Origin: Octopus vulgaris
Taxonomy: Eukaryota
NCBI GenBank assembly: GCA_951406725.2
Contig: OX597833.1
Coordinates: 21,700,001-21,764,000, forward strand
Length of the DNA stretch: 64,000 nt
Direction of reading: 5' to 3'
In this document: one piece after another, positions 51,186 through 64,000 of the stretch
Layout of the letters: every line of letters begins with the position of its first letter
Position numbering within the stretch: position 1 is the first letter of the stretch
Translations under genes and position numbers: made by a program
The notes under the pieces: model-generated
The model's database searches: none
Seen by the model: only the letters and a program-made list of their open reading frames with translations
What the model was told of the DNA's origin: nothing

Positions 51186-51959
51186 TGCATGGACATAGTC
51201 ATTCTTACATATAGGCAGGCATGTCCCCTGCGCCCCTCTTCAGCTGAGCATTCCTAATCTTGTGGGCTTGTGGGTACTGGTGCCATGTATAAAGCACACA
51301 TGCTGGTGACATGTAAAAGGCAACCATGCCAGGGCTGTGTAAGCCTCCACTATAGTCTCGGACTGACCAAAGCCTTGTGAGCGGATTTCGTAGATGGAAA
51401 CTGAAAGAAGCCTGTTGTATATATGTATATACATATATATGTGTGTGTGTGTGTTTGTGTGTCTGTGTTTGTCCCCCCAACATCGCTTGACAACCAATGC
51501 TGGTGTGTTTACGTCCCTGAGACTTAGCGGTTCGGCAAAAGAGAACGACAGAATAAGTACTAGGCTTACAAAGAATAAATCCTGGGGTTGATTTCCTTGA
51601 CTAAAAGCGGTGCTCCAGCATGGCCACAGTCTAATGACAGAAACAAGTAAAAGAGTAAGGGTGGTGGGGTACCTGTAAGGTCCACAGATTATTGAAAGGG
51701 GTGCAAAAGCAAACAGACGGGGTGGGGGGAGAATCAGGGTGTGAGAAAGCTAGAGGGAAGAAGAGTGGTGGGTCGGGTGAAAGCAAGGTGATAATAAGAA
51801 AGAGTGGCTGTTGCCAACAGCAACAAGAGCAACAGCAACAACAACAACAGCAGCAAGAGCATCTGTAACTATCTGTTATATAGAATTGGAATGATGATCA
51901 GTTCTTAGGAGGCCAAATATAGTTAAGGTGTTATCTGACAGACTACCTGTCTGTCTGTA

Positions 51960-52285
51960 TGTTGAAAAGAGAGGGGGAGAGAGAGAAGGGAAGGAGAAGA
52001 GAGAAAGAGACAAAGAGACAAACATTTAGAGAGAAGAGAGAGAGAAAAGAGAAGGAGATGGCAGGGATATAGAGAGAAGGAAAGGAAGAAAGGAGAGAGG
52101 AGGAAAAGAGAGATAGAGGAAAGAAAGAGAGAGAGAAAGAGAGGGGTGGAAAAGAGAAAGAGGGGAAGGAAAAGAGAGAGAGAAACGAAATGAGGAAGAT
52201 GAATTTCTAACAGAAAAGATAACCTGAGAAAGAAAGTGTGGAAGAACAGGGGGGAGAGAAAAGAAAACAAGGAAGAGAAAACAGG
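51960..52285. repeat. GA-rich low-complexity tract
   Basis: Directly visible. Confidence 0.9.
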
Positions 52286-55096
52286 TATTGAGCCGGTGGT
52301 GGTGGTGGTGGTGGTGGTGGTGGTAGTGGTGGCATTGAAAAGGCTACCACCACCACCACCACCACCACCATCATCAACACCATTGCCAGAAAGGGAAAAA
52401 GATAAAAAGGAAATAAAAAAAAAAGGCTATATGTGTGTATCTGTTTCCTTTTGGATACCAGTAATGAAGTCACAGGCAACAACATGACACACACACACAC
52501 ACACAATATATATAAACACACACACATGGACCACCAGCCATTCCGGTATGAAGAAACACTTTAAAGCTAAGCACTTTTATAGACATGAAACCCTGGGTAA
52601 CCCCATACACCGGCCATAACAATCTTTATCTAATTACTCTACTGCTTTATAACTTGTGTGTGCTTCTCTGTCAGATCTATATTTTACTGACAAGATATAT
52701 ATATATATATGCATCATTTATACAGGCGCAGGAGTGGCTGTGTGGTAAGTAGCTTGCTTCCCAACCACATGGGTTCCGGGTTCATTCCCACTGCATGGCA
52801 CCTTGGGCAAGTGTCCTCTGCTATAGCCTTGTGAGTGAATTTGGTAGACGCAAACTGAAAGAAGCCCATCGTATATATATGTATATATATTTCTTTACTA
52901 CCCACAAGGGGCTAAACACAGAGGGGACAAAAAAGGACAGACAAACGGATTAAGTCGATTATATCGAACCCAGTGCGTAACTGGTACTTAATTTATCGAC
53001 CCCGAAAGGATGAAAGGCAAAGTCGACCTCGGCGGAATTTGAACTCAGAACGTAACAGCAGACGAAATACGGCTACGCAATTCGCCCGGCGAATATATAT
53101 ATATATATGTGTGTGTATATGTTTGTGTGTCTGTGTTTGTCCCCCCCAACATCACTTGACAACCTTTTCAAGACACAACAAAAATTTAAAGCACTAATAA
53201 GGCAAATAATAAGGCACTAAAAGAGAATAACTCTCCCCAGACACAACAAAATATATATGTATATATATACATATGTCAGCTTACAAGACATCAAATTGGA
53301 GTCCTCTTACTTAGTAAATCTGAACTTGTCTAGTCAATAACCAACTATAAGCACCGATCAAGTGATAGGGTATCTCATAATTGATCTCCTGACTGATACA
53401 CAATATTTTATAGAGTCTTTGTATTAAGATGATACTAAGAAACACAATGATATTAAGAAATACAATGCCAAACCAGAAGGCCATTCTATACTCCAGTTAT
53501 GAACTTTTCACCTTTAAAAAACCACTGATGCGATCAATTGCCTAAATTCAGTGATGACTAACCTTTTGAACCTGCAGTGTCAAAATGTAAAATTTCTTTG
53601 AATAATCTTGTTATTAGAATATCATTTACATGTGTTTTAGTCTTAGGTAAACGCTTATAAATAAATTTTATGTAACATGATACTGCAGGGAGATTTTTTC
53701 TTTGTTTGTTTCAAAGTCCATTATGTGTTGCCTAAAAATTCCCATGGCATGTCACTACTTATATACATCACGGGTTCATCTTTACCAAAATTTTACTTAA
53801 ACGCTTAATATAATGAATTGTCAGACAAATGTACTCATCTTCTTTTTTTTTTGGCCCCTATTTATTTCTATCCATTGTTATTTGGATTGACATAAAAAAT
53901 GTTTTTATCACAGTGTTTTATGGTTTTGTTGTATCTTTGGAGGGTCACTACCCCAATAATCCAATAATGAACACACACACTGGTTTAATTTCACTTCATT
54001 ATTAGCCAGCTGGTTACTTATTTGGCTAACTGACTAATCGATTGTTCGCTTAACCAGTCAGATAAACAATCAACCAGTTATTTGCCAGGGTCCATTCATT
54101 ATCACTCACAACTTCATCAATGACACACCCTCTCTCCTTCAGGCCAGCCTTTCACTTTGGACTTTTGTTCATGATTTTCAAAATCTGAGTAAATCTTACT
54201 TCTTTTCAGAAATATATGATGTTGGAGTACAAAGTAGAAAAAAAGAAACAAAAAAAAAAAAGGAATGAATTTATCTGACAATCTAATATTTTGTGTATGA
54301 ATATTTGGTTTAATCCTTCACTATTCAGATTTCTCCGTCAAATGTGAGGCATATTTATTCTTTTATTTGTTTCAGTCATTTAACTGCTGCCATGCTGGGG
54401 CACCGCCTTTAGTCGAGAAAATCAACCCCAAGACTTATTCTTTGGTAAGCCTAATTTTATTTGTTGTTAACACGGCTTTGGTTGGCCCGAGGCTATAGTA
54501 AAAGAAACTTGTCCAAAGTTCCATGCAGTGGGACTGAACCCGGAACCATGTGGTTGAGAAGCAACCTTCTTGCCACAGCCACTCCTGCGCCTATAGTATA
54601 TAAAATATGTTTAATAATATACACAAGTTTACTGGTTTGATGAGCACAGCAATTGCAATTACAACACAAAAAGCCAAAATCAAGATCACATATAAAAATG
54701 CCAAACAATTTTATTGATCAACCAACTGACCAACTGGACCACAGTTTATGCAAAGGCTTCATTCATGAATAATGTCGTTTTCCATACCTTACATTGTATG
54801 AAAAACCATGACTCTCTCTCTCTCTCCTCCCCCCCTCACACACTGCTGAATGGTTCACAAGGTTGGTTCATGACTAAAGAGTTTCCAGATTTGCTTCACA
54901 ATGCGGCATTTTCTTGGTGTTGTGTTAGAGCTCCGATAGATGGGGGTCCTAGTTGAATTTCAATAGTGAGGCTTTTCTGTTATATTTGCATCATGTGGCT
55001 TCTACCTGACAGCTTTGCAAAGGGACCAAGTGTGTTTGGAATACTCAACCCCTTTACACACCAGTTCTATGAGTAAGTCGTTCAATGGATCAACCA

Positions 55097-55146
<50 letters not shown>

Positions 55147-55284
55147 TATATAAATATATATGTATCTATGCATGTATATATATATATGTGTATACATATA
55201 TATACACACACACAAAGTAAGTATATATGTTTGTGTGAATTTGTGTTTGTCCCCCACCACCGACTAAACCATAAAACATAAAAG

Positions 55285-55339
<55 letters not shown>

Positions 55340-55805
55340 TACATGCATGTACACATATATACACACACATACATGCATACATACAATAGAAATATAGAAT
55401 CTAAGTGTGTGTGTGTGTGTGTGTGTTTGTGTTTGCTTAGTTAAGGTAACGATGTTGACAAGTCGTGTTGAAGCAGTGATCGTACAGGTAAACAGGTATG
55501 AAATAATGACAAGGCGAGGAGAAAGAAAGAAGGTGGAGCTTAATTAGCACAACTGTTCTTTGGCAACCCAGGTGTGAACACCTCTTTCACTTTTTCTCTC
55601 CAGCCACCACCACCACAGCTTACACCAGCACCCCCACAGCCGTCGCCCACATCATCACCCACCCACCTGCCCACTCACCCCCCCACCTCTCCTGCTATCA
55701 CACCACAGCTATTGTAGTATATTGTTCAAGATCACAATTCGCTTAAAAGTATTTTCCAGCAGTATAAAAAGGTTGATTGACAGCATATTTTCTAGTACAC
55801 ACAAT

Positions 55806-55854
<49 letters not shown>

Positions 55855-56011
55855 GAGCAGCAGCAACAGTAGTAACAGTTTCTATTATTAGCACAGGGAA
55901 TGAGTATTAGAAACCCAATTAGAAAAAAAATTACAGTATTTGTTGGTATACGAGATGCAGTTTTTACCCCCTCAAGAAGTATCTAAAAAAAAATCACCCC
56001 AGGGCTAGTAT

Positions 56012-56158
56012 GCGAGGGGGGTGCTGGAGAGTTCCTGGGTTTAAGGGTATTGCAAAAGGCCCGGTTGGAAGTCCAGCCTAGCCTCCCGAGTTCTTTTACT
56101 GGCCTTAGGAAAACTGAAGGGCTGCTGCAATAAGTGTGAATCTGAGAGGAGAATATAT
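56012..56158 (+). mobile_element. mariner-derived MITE fragment
   Basis: CGAGGGGGGTGCTGGAGAGTTCC terminus-like sequence and an NKC...NLRGEY-like transposase C-terminal remnant. Confidence 0.5.
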
Positions 56159-57218
56159 TCTTTTACTTGTTTCAGTCATTTGACTGTGGCCATGCTGGAG
56201 CACCGCCTTTAGTCGAGCAAATCGAGATTTTACAAAAACAACAAAATTTTTAAAATATTATCACCACCCCACCCCAAATATTTAAAAAACAAAAATATTT
56301 AGTGTGCTTACGTCCCCCGTAACTTAGCGGTTCGGCAAAAGCGACCGATGGAATAAGTACTAGACTTACAAAGAATAAGTCCCGGGGTCGATTTGCTCGA
56401 CTAAAGGCGTTGCTCCAGCATGGTCACAGTCAAGTGACTGAAACAAGTAAAAGAGTAAAAGATAGTAAAGAGAGAGAGAGTAATGGGGAAAATTTGGTTG
56501 CTATTTCTGGCAGGTTGAGAGAGTGAGTACATAGGAGACTCCCTTAACTATCTGAAACAGGAAGGGCATTGAAGGTACTGATGGGTGCGAATTGACGAGT
56601 GGGGGATTCTTGTAGTAAAGGGGAAAAAAAGAGAGTAACCGAATTTAGTTCGCTGAGAGAAAAAGGTCTTGATATCAGCAGTTAGTCAAGGGGAGATCCC
56701 ACATTAATCAGAGAAAGTCAGTGAGTTTAGACTAGTAGTAGTTATAGGTGGGAGGGGGGGTTCAGTGATAGGGATTCTAGAGAAAACGGTAGTGTTTATA
56801 GTAAGATGGAGGTATATGTGAAAGGGGAGGTTGTTAAGAGTGATGGCGGCGATGGTGGTTATTAAGCAACCCACCTCCTCATCCATCAAATCGGCTCTGA
56901 ACAAGCCAGATCTATGATGAAAGGCATTCTAACCGTGCCCACCCCAGCATTTTTTGCCCAGGAATTAATGAGCCACGGGCTAAATTATCAACTACGTGTG
57001 TGTGTGTGTGTGAGAGAGAGAGCATGTGTATATGTGTAGAGTGTATGTTAGGGAAAGAATATGTGAGAGAAAAGTGGGAGACTGTGTGTTTGCGTACGTT
57101 CGGGTGAAAGTGAGTGACGGTGTGTATTGGAAAAAGATGTGAGAGGAAAAGTGACAGTAAGTGAAAGAGAGAGAGTGCGTGTGTGCGCGTACTCGCTTGT
57201 TGGTGTGTGTATTAGATA

Positions 57219-57977
57219 TTCTTTCCTACTCTAGGCACAAGGCCCGAAATTTTTGGGGAAGGGGCTAGTCGATTATATCGATCCAGTCCGTAACCGGTAC
57301 TTAATTTATCGACTCCGAAAAGATAAAAGGCAAAGTCGACCTCGGCGGAATTTGAACTCAGAACGTAAAGGCAGACGAAATACCTATTTCTTTACTACCC
57401 ACAAAGGGCTAAACACAGAGAGGACAAACAAGGACAGACAAATGGATTAAGTCGATTATATCGACCCCAGTGTGCAACTGGTACTTAATTTATCGACTCC
57501 GAAAAGATAAAAGGCAAAGTCGACCTCGGCGGAATTTGAACTCAGAACGTAAAGGCAGACGAAATACCTATTTCTTTACTACCCACAAAGGGCTAAACAC
57601 AGAGAGGACAAACAAGGACAGACAAATGGATTAAGTCGATTATATCGACCCCAGTGTGCAACTGGTACTTAATTTATCGACCCCGAAAGGATGAAAGGCA
57701 AAGTCGACCTCGGCGGAATTTGAACTCATGACGTAATGGCAGACGAAATACCAATTTATTTCTTTATTACCCACAAAGGGCTAAACACAGAGAGGACAAA
57801 CAAGGACAGACAAATGGATTAAGTCGATTATATCGACCCCAGTGTGTAACTGGTACTTATTTAATCGAACCCCGAAAAGATGAAAGGCAAAGTTGACCTC
57901 GGTGGAATTTGAATTCAGAACGTAACGGCAGACGAAATACCGCTGAGCATTTCGCCCGGCGTGCTAACGTTTCTGCC
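57219..57977 (-). mobile_element. Meta-domain-like SINE, four-unit tandem form (~184-bp period)
   Basis: The GGTACTT anchor recurs at 57296, 57480, 57664 and 57852. There is a single head at the right end. Confidence 0.9.
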
Positions 57978-58041
57978 ATGAAGTGATCCAAAATATGAAT
58001 GTATAATAAACATAGACATCGAGATGGTTATATCTTTTGTT

Positions 58042-58365
58042 GGCGTTCCTTCGTTTTAACTCGACACAACTATAACAAGACCTCGGTTATTTCCGTGACA
58101 ACTCGACAATTCACTTCGGATATCTTCGTAACCTCCGAAAATTTGCGGATTTTACATACACACATGAAGCAGGTAAGAACAAATATGCAAGGCTTTTTGC
58201 TCGCATAATTTCGTCATATCTATATTCCACAACACATAAATACATAGAAACAGAACACGCACACTGTTACGGAGGTCACGAAGATATACGAAGTGAATTG
58301 TCGAGTTGTCACGGAAACAACCGAGGTCTTGTAATAGTTTTGTCGAGTTAAAACGAATGAACGCC
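58042..58365. mobile_element. MITE with ~95-bp TIRs, GG..CC ends and an 8-bp TSD (Merlin- or Mutator-like)
   Basis: GGCGTTC...GAACGCC termini, with CTTTTGTT duplicated at 58034-58041 and 58366-58373. Confidence 0.85.
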
Positions 58366-59913
58366 CTTTTGTTTTTAAACGCTCCCGTTGACACAGATGA
58401 ATAACAGTAAGTTCTTGTATTAGCCAGAGGGGCATAACTGATGAGAACATCATAAGATATACCACAACTTGCGTGGGGATTTACATAAATGACAGGCAGA
58501 AATAAATGGAAAAGATGGTGAAATTACAATGGAAGTATATAAAAGAATACAAAGCATGTAATAACATGAAGCAGCTCTGATATAGGAGAAAAACTTCAGC
58601 TAGAGCCTATCAAGGAACCCCACAGATTCAGGATTAAACTGACCTCCAAAGGCACTAGCCGTTTCCCAACTGTGACTCTTTAATCTGCAGGCGCAGATGC
58701 ATTTATGCAAGTGTTGTGTGAGGGGAAAAAAACTACGTGAATATTTGTTGACGAGCAAGTAAATTGATATGTAAATGTATGGTCGTCAGGTGTAAGATTA
58801 TTAAGAGAAAGAGTGGGAATGTTTGTATGTGCGTGCGCGTCTGAAAGCGTGTGTGTGTGTGTGTGTGCATGTGCACGCGCGCGAATTTCCTTTTTAAAAC
58901 AATTTTTGTTTCCCCTAATAATCCATAACAGCGAATTGGAGGAATCATTACCCTGTCGGACAAAAATGCTTAGAGGCGTTTCTTCCGACTTCGCGTTCTG
59001 AGTTCAAACGCTGCTGGGGTCGACTTTACTTTTCATCCTTTCAGGGTTAACAAAGTACCAGTTGAGTACTGAGGGTCGATTTAATCGACTTAAGTCTTCC
59101 TCTTGTGCCAAAATCTGAAACCAATAATCATGACAACGGCTGCCTGTATAAAACACAGGAATGGATTCTGTAATCTTAAGGAAATATCCCATAAGAGATC
59201 TTTGACAAGGTAAATTGAGAACAGCTGAATCAATGGAGGATTATCTGAATATTCTATGACATAATACTTGATTTAATCAAAGACCAACTTATTTCAGAAA
59301 CGGTGAACATCATAAAAACTCTAAGCTTTAGGGGCAACAATCGCGAAAAATGTAAGAGTAACCCCTCATAGCGTAGACATTGTGACTCCTACAAGGAATT
59401 TTCTATGAATTGTGCTAAACGCTAATTTAGATACCGGCACGAAATGATAGCAATTGTTCCAAGTTTGGAACGAGGTTAGCAGTAATTTTGAGAGAAGGAG
59501 GATACTCGATATCAACGACTCCAGAACTTGAGTGGTACTTCATTTTATCAACCTGTGACGGGATGAAAAGCAAAGTCGGTATTTGAACTCGGAATGTAAT
59601 GAATCGAACAGAATACACCGCGATGCAATTTATTCCGACGCTCTAACGATTCAGCCAACCACCCTCTTTGATGGTTTCTGAATTAGGAAGAAGACTAGAA
59701 ACTTTGAGAGGAACGGGTTTGTCGGTTTTATCGACGTTACTACTTGACTGCTTACTTCTGGCGGTAAAATGAAACAAAATTGTAAACCGTAGTTCGTATT
59801 CTGGCATATGTGATGAGCCAGGGTTGACGAAAATGAAACGCAAATCATTCTAGAATTGTTAGAATGTCAGGAAAAATGCTTAAAGAGCAGATGTCTGTAT
59901 ATTAATTCAACAA

Positions 59914-59944
<31 letters not shown>

Positions 59945-59992
59945 GATACATAAGTCTCAAATCTATATACATATACACACACACACACATAC

Positions 59993-60370
59993 TTTTCTAC
60001 TCTATGCACAAGACCCGAAATGTTTGGGGCGGCAGTTGATAAGATCGACCCAGTACGCAACTGGTACTTAATTTATCGACCCCGAAAGGATGAAAGGCAA
60101 AGTTGACCTCGGCGGAATTTGAATTCAGAACGTAACGGCAGACGAAATACCTATTTCTATTTCTTTACTACCCACAAGGGGCTAAACACAGAGAGGACAA
60201 ACAAGGACAGACAAACGGATTAAGTCGATTATATCGACCCCAGTGCGCAACTGGTACTTATTTAAATGACCCCGAAAGGATGAAAGTCAAAGTCGACCTT
60301 TGCGGAATTTGAACTCAGAACGTAACGGCAGACGGAATACGGCTACGCATTTCGCCCGGCGTGCTAGCGT
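59993..60370 (-). mobile_element. Meta-domain-like SINE, two-unit form
   Basis: As at 27050-27447. Confidence 0.85.
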
Positions 60371-61235
60371 TGGGTAAGCAAATGCTTAGCCTCGACCGTT
60401 GCCTTGCATGGCTCTGTGGTTTAGAAGTTCGTTTTGCAACCATGTGGTTTCGGGTTCAGTCCCACTGCGCGGCATCTTGGGTAAATGCTCTCTACTATAG
60501 CTCCGGACCGACGAATGCCTTATGAATGTAGTAGACGGAAAATGTGCGGAATCCCGTCATATGTGTGTGTGTGTCTTTGTGTATATCTCCACCACCACCA
60601 GAGTTGAAACGCTACCAGTCTGCCATCACACCTTCCTTCCATCTTCATCTGTCACCCTTTCCTTTCATCTTCATCTGTCACCCCTTCCTTTCTCATTCAT
60701 ATGTTGTGACGGAGAAAAACACGAGTATTATTATAGTATAAGATACACGCGCGCGCGCACACACCCAGATGGGCGCAAGCTCTCATGATGATGGTATGTA
60801 AGCAAGTGTCTTTTAGGACAGCGTCGCGTCGATCCCTGCTTTGTAAAATTTGCTTAAATGGAAGACAGGGTGGATTCCCTTCGGGTGGCTTTGTACCCAG
60901 TAATTCAAAGAGCTAACCTTTTTTTATACCCCTGTGTCACGACGACACTGCCTGGGAATTCTGTCTGATAAGGGTACACGTGCCTGCAAAAATGCTCAGA
61001 CGTTGACACGGTAATACAATGAGTAACGGTAGGAGTTTCGTTGATCGAATAACTGGTATCCATTTACAGAGAGAAATATGCAGACACACACATACACACA
61101 CATACACACGACGGTGTTGACAGTTCTGCCTGCAAGTTTTGGCTTTTCTTTAAAACAGGAGAGAGCGAGAGGGGGGGGTTAATGAAAACAAACAAAATAC
61201 GGCACTCATATCGAAATTTAGCCACACACACACGC

Positions 61236-61316
<81 letters not shown>

Positions 61317-61430
61317 AATAGGTTGCAAGAGGCAGCGAAAATTTAGGAAAAATAAATGAGTGGAAATTTTACCGGTGCGTGTGTCAAATTATAAGACTCT
61401 AAAAGAGAATGACTCTCCCCAGACACAACA

Positions 61431-61471
<41 letters not shown>

Positions 61472-61724
61472 GATCTGTAAAAAAATACAAACTGTGACAA
61501 GAACGCATAACACTTAGAAGACGATACAACAAACACAGACAGGACATTTGAAGCCCTCAGTCTTCAGTCAAGAACCGGATCATCGTAGTAATTTCGGCTG
61601 ATTAATATATGTATGTATGTATGTATATGTATATGTGCACATATATGTATGCATATATGCATATATATATATGTGTGTGTGTGTGTATGTGTGCACATAT
61701 ATGTATGTATATATGCATATATAC

Positions 61725-61767
<43 letters not shown>

Positions 61768-62259
61768 CAAATATGTATGTAGGTATATATATTTGTATAT
61801 GCAAAGTTTATAAACACATAGGCAAGGCATACACTACAGCAGAAAGCGCGATGAGAGAACAGCAACAAAGAGGGGGGGGACTGATGTGACATATATACAT
61901 ATATATAATTAATGTATGTCATAAGATGGAGGAGGAGAAGAAGGAGGGGTAGAAAGAGAAAGGGTAATAGTGAAAGTGGGGGTATATTTTTACATAGAGC
62001 TTCATATAAATTAAGGCACGCATGCATATGTATAGTATATATATACATACATATAACATATATATATGTCTCACCCAGAGAGGATCTGGAATAGCGTCAT
62101 GTGAATATGAATGCACACATGTCCAAATACGATTTACAGACAAGTAGCTGACGTGTGGTGGAATTGACAGACAGCTAGCTAGCTAAATAGATAGATATAA
62201 GGACAACTAGACAGACGAGAGATTCTAGGCGGGGCGGGTGAACAGACAGGCAAACAGAC

Positions 62260-62271
62260 GGATAGATAGAC

Positions 62272-62338
<67 letters not shown>

Positions 62339-62345
62339 CAGACAG
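62260..62345. repeat. (GATA)n microsatellite
   Basis: Directly visible. Confidence 0.95.
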
Positions 62346-62742
62346 AGAGAGAGGGATAGAAACAGACAGAAGGCTCAGCGTATACATAGCTAATTGTGTC
62401 CCACCAATAGATAACTTCAACAGCTGCTAAAATTAAGTGTGTGTATAAGTATGTGAGCGCGCGCGCGTTAGGTGTGCGTACGTGCGTGTGTGTGTGCGAG
62501 GAAAAGAAAAGAGAGATAGAAAGAAAATAGGAAGGGGGAAGGTGAATGTCAATGCTTTATCACACACACACACACACACATATGTTACTGCACATGTCAT
62601 GTGTACTCTCACACACATACATACACACGTTGTCTGTCGATAGTACACAACCACTAGTTCTCTCGACGAAGTCTTGTAAACTTTTCGCTTAGTGTGACGT
62701 AATAGACGGGACAGACCTTCGTTTATATATATATGTATATAT

Positions 62743-63093
62743 ACTCTTTACTCTGTTTTACTTGTTTCAGTCATTTACTGTGGCCATGCTGGAGCAACGC
62801 CTTTAGTCGAGCAAATCGACCCCAGGACTTATTCTTCGTAAGCCTAGTTAGTACTTATTCTATCGGTCTCTTTTGCCGAACCGCTAAGTTACGGAGGCGT
62901 AAACATACCAGCATCAGTTGTCAAGCATATATACATATATACGACAGGCTTCTTTCAGTTTCCGTCTACAAAATCCACTCACAATGCTTTGGTCGGCCCG
63001 AGGCTATAGTAGAAGACACTTGCCCAAGGTGCCACCAAGTGGGAATGAACCCGGAACCATGTGGTTGGTAAGCAAGCTACTTACGACACAGCC
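62743..63093 (-). mobile_element. CORE-like SINE (family 1) with an internal deletion
   Basis: Tail and head are both recognisable. Confidence 0.85.
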
Positions 63094-63534
63094 ATATATA
63101 TATATATATATATATATATCGTTTCTTTGTTTTAGTTATCTGTGTACTTGTTTCAGACATTAGACTGCGGCCATGCTAGAGTACCGCCTTGAGGAATTTT
63201 TAGTCGAATGAATCGATATCAGTACTTATTTTGTTGTTGTTGTTAAGCCTGGTACTTACGCTATCGGTCACTTTTGCCGAACCGCTAAGTTACGCGGACG
63301 TAAACACACTAACGGCGGTTGTCAAGCGGTGGTGGGGACAAAAAAGAACACAAAGACATACACATGGGTGTGTGAATAATACACACATATTGTGGTAAGA
63401 AGCTTAGTTCCCAACCACATGGTTCCGGGTTCATTCCCACTGCGTGGCAGCTTGGCCAAATATCTTCCACTATAGCCTCGGGCATACCAAAGCCTTATGA
63501 GTGAATTTGGTAGACGGCAAATGAAAGAACCCCG

Positions 63535-63594
<60 letters not shown>

Positions 63595-64000
63595 CCGTGC
63601 CCGAGGCTATAGTAGACGACACTTGCCCAAGGTGCCACGCAGTGGGACTGAACCCGGAACCATGTGGTTGGCAAGGAAGCTACTTACCACACAGCCACAC
63701 CTGCGTTTCAGCCCAAAAGATTGTGGCCATGCTGGGACACCGCCAGTATTATCAACTTATATGCACACACACACACACACGAGACAGGCTTCTACATTGT
63801 TTCCGCCAACCAAATCACAACGCATCCGTCGCCCCGCGGCCATTGCATAAGACTCTTGCCCAAGATTCTCGCGCAGTGGAACTGAACCCGAAACTACCAA
63901 GTTTCAAAACGAGCTCCTTAACCCACACCACCAGCCGTTGCATGTGCATGTAAAGTGCATTTGCGCGTGTAGTTAAATTGTGAATAAGCCTGCATGCGTA

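Noticed and set aside
57219-57977. CRISPR-like or retrozyme-like array
   Set aside because: Units are contiguous with no unique spacers, and I found no CUGANGA/GAAA core in the unit.

Overview
AT-rich, repeat-saturated eukaryotic non-coding DNA, most likely an octopus (coleoid cephalopod) intron or intergenic region. The species call is inferred from the SINE repertoire, not from a database hit. No intact protein-coding gene is visible. Nearly all supplied ORFs are translations of microsatellites or SINEs, and a few are decayed transposon fragments (Tc1/mariner, RTE LINE). The window contains at least three tRNA-derived SINE families (CORE-, Meta- and V-domain-like), a (GAT)n-tailed non-autonomous retroelement, an (AAT)n-associated ~500-bp element, several MITEs (piggyBac-like, Tc2/pogo-like, and one with GG termini and an 8-bp TSD), a Helentron-like end and a 13-bp higher-order minisatellite. 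The main hidden signal is about ten type I hammerhead ribozyme motifs, plus two half-motifs, from at least six unrelated short element families. Most sit in (TA)n microsatellites and several form fold-back palindromes. Each family has its own palindromic helix III. This fits Penelope-like element (PLE) pseudo-LTRs. One candidate minus-strand exon (33008-33083) and an apparent rise in CpG content after ~56 kb hint that the window lies in the 5' part of a large minus-strand gene.
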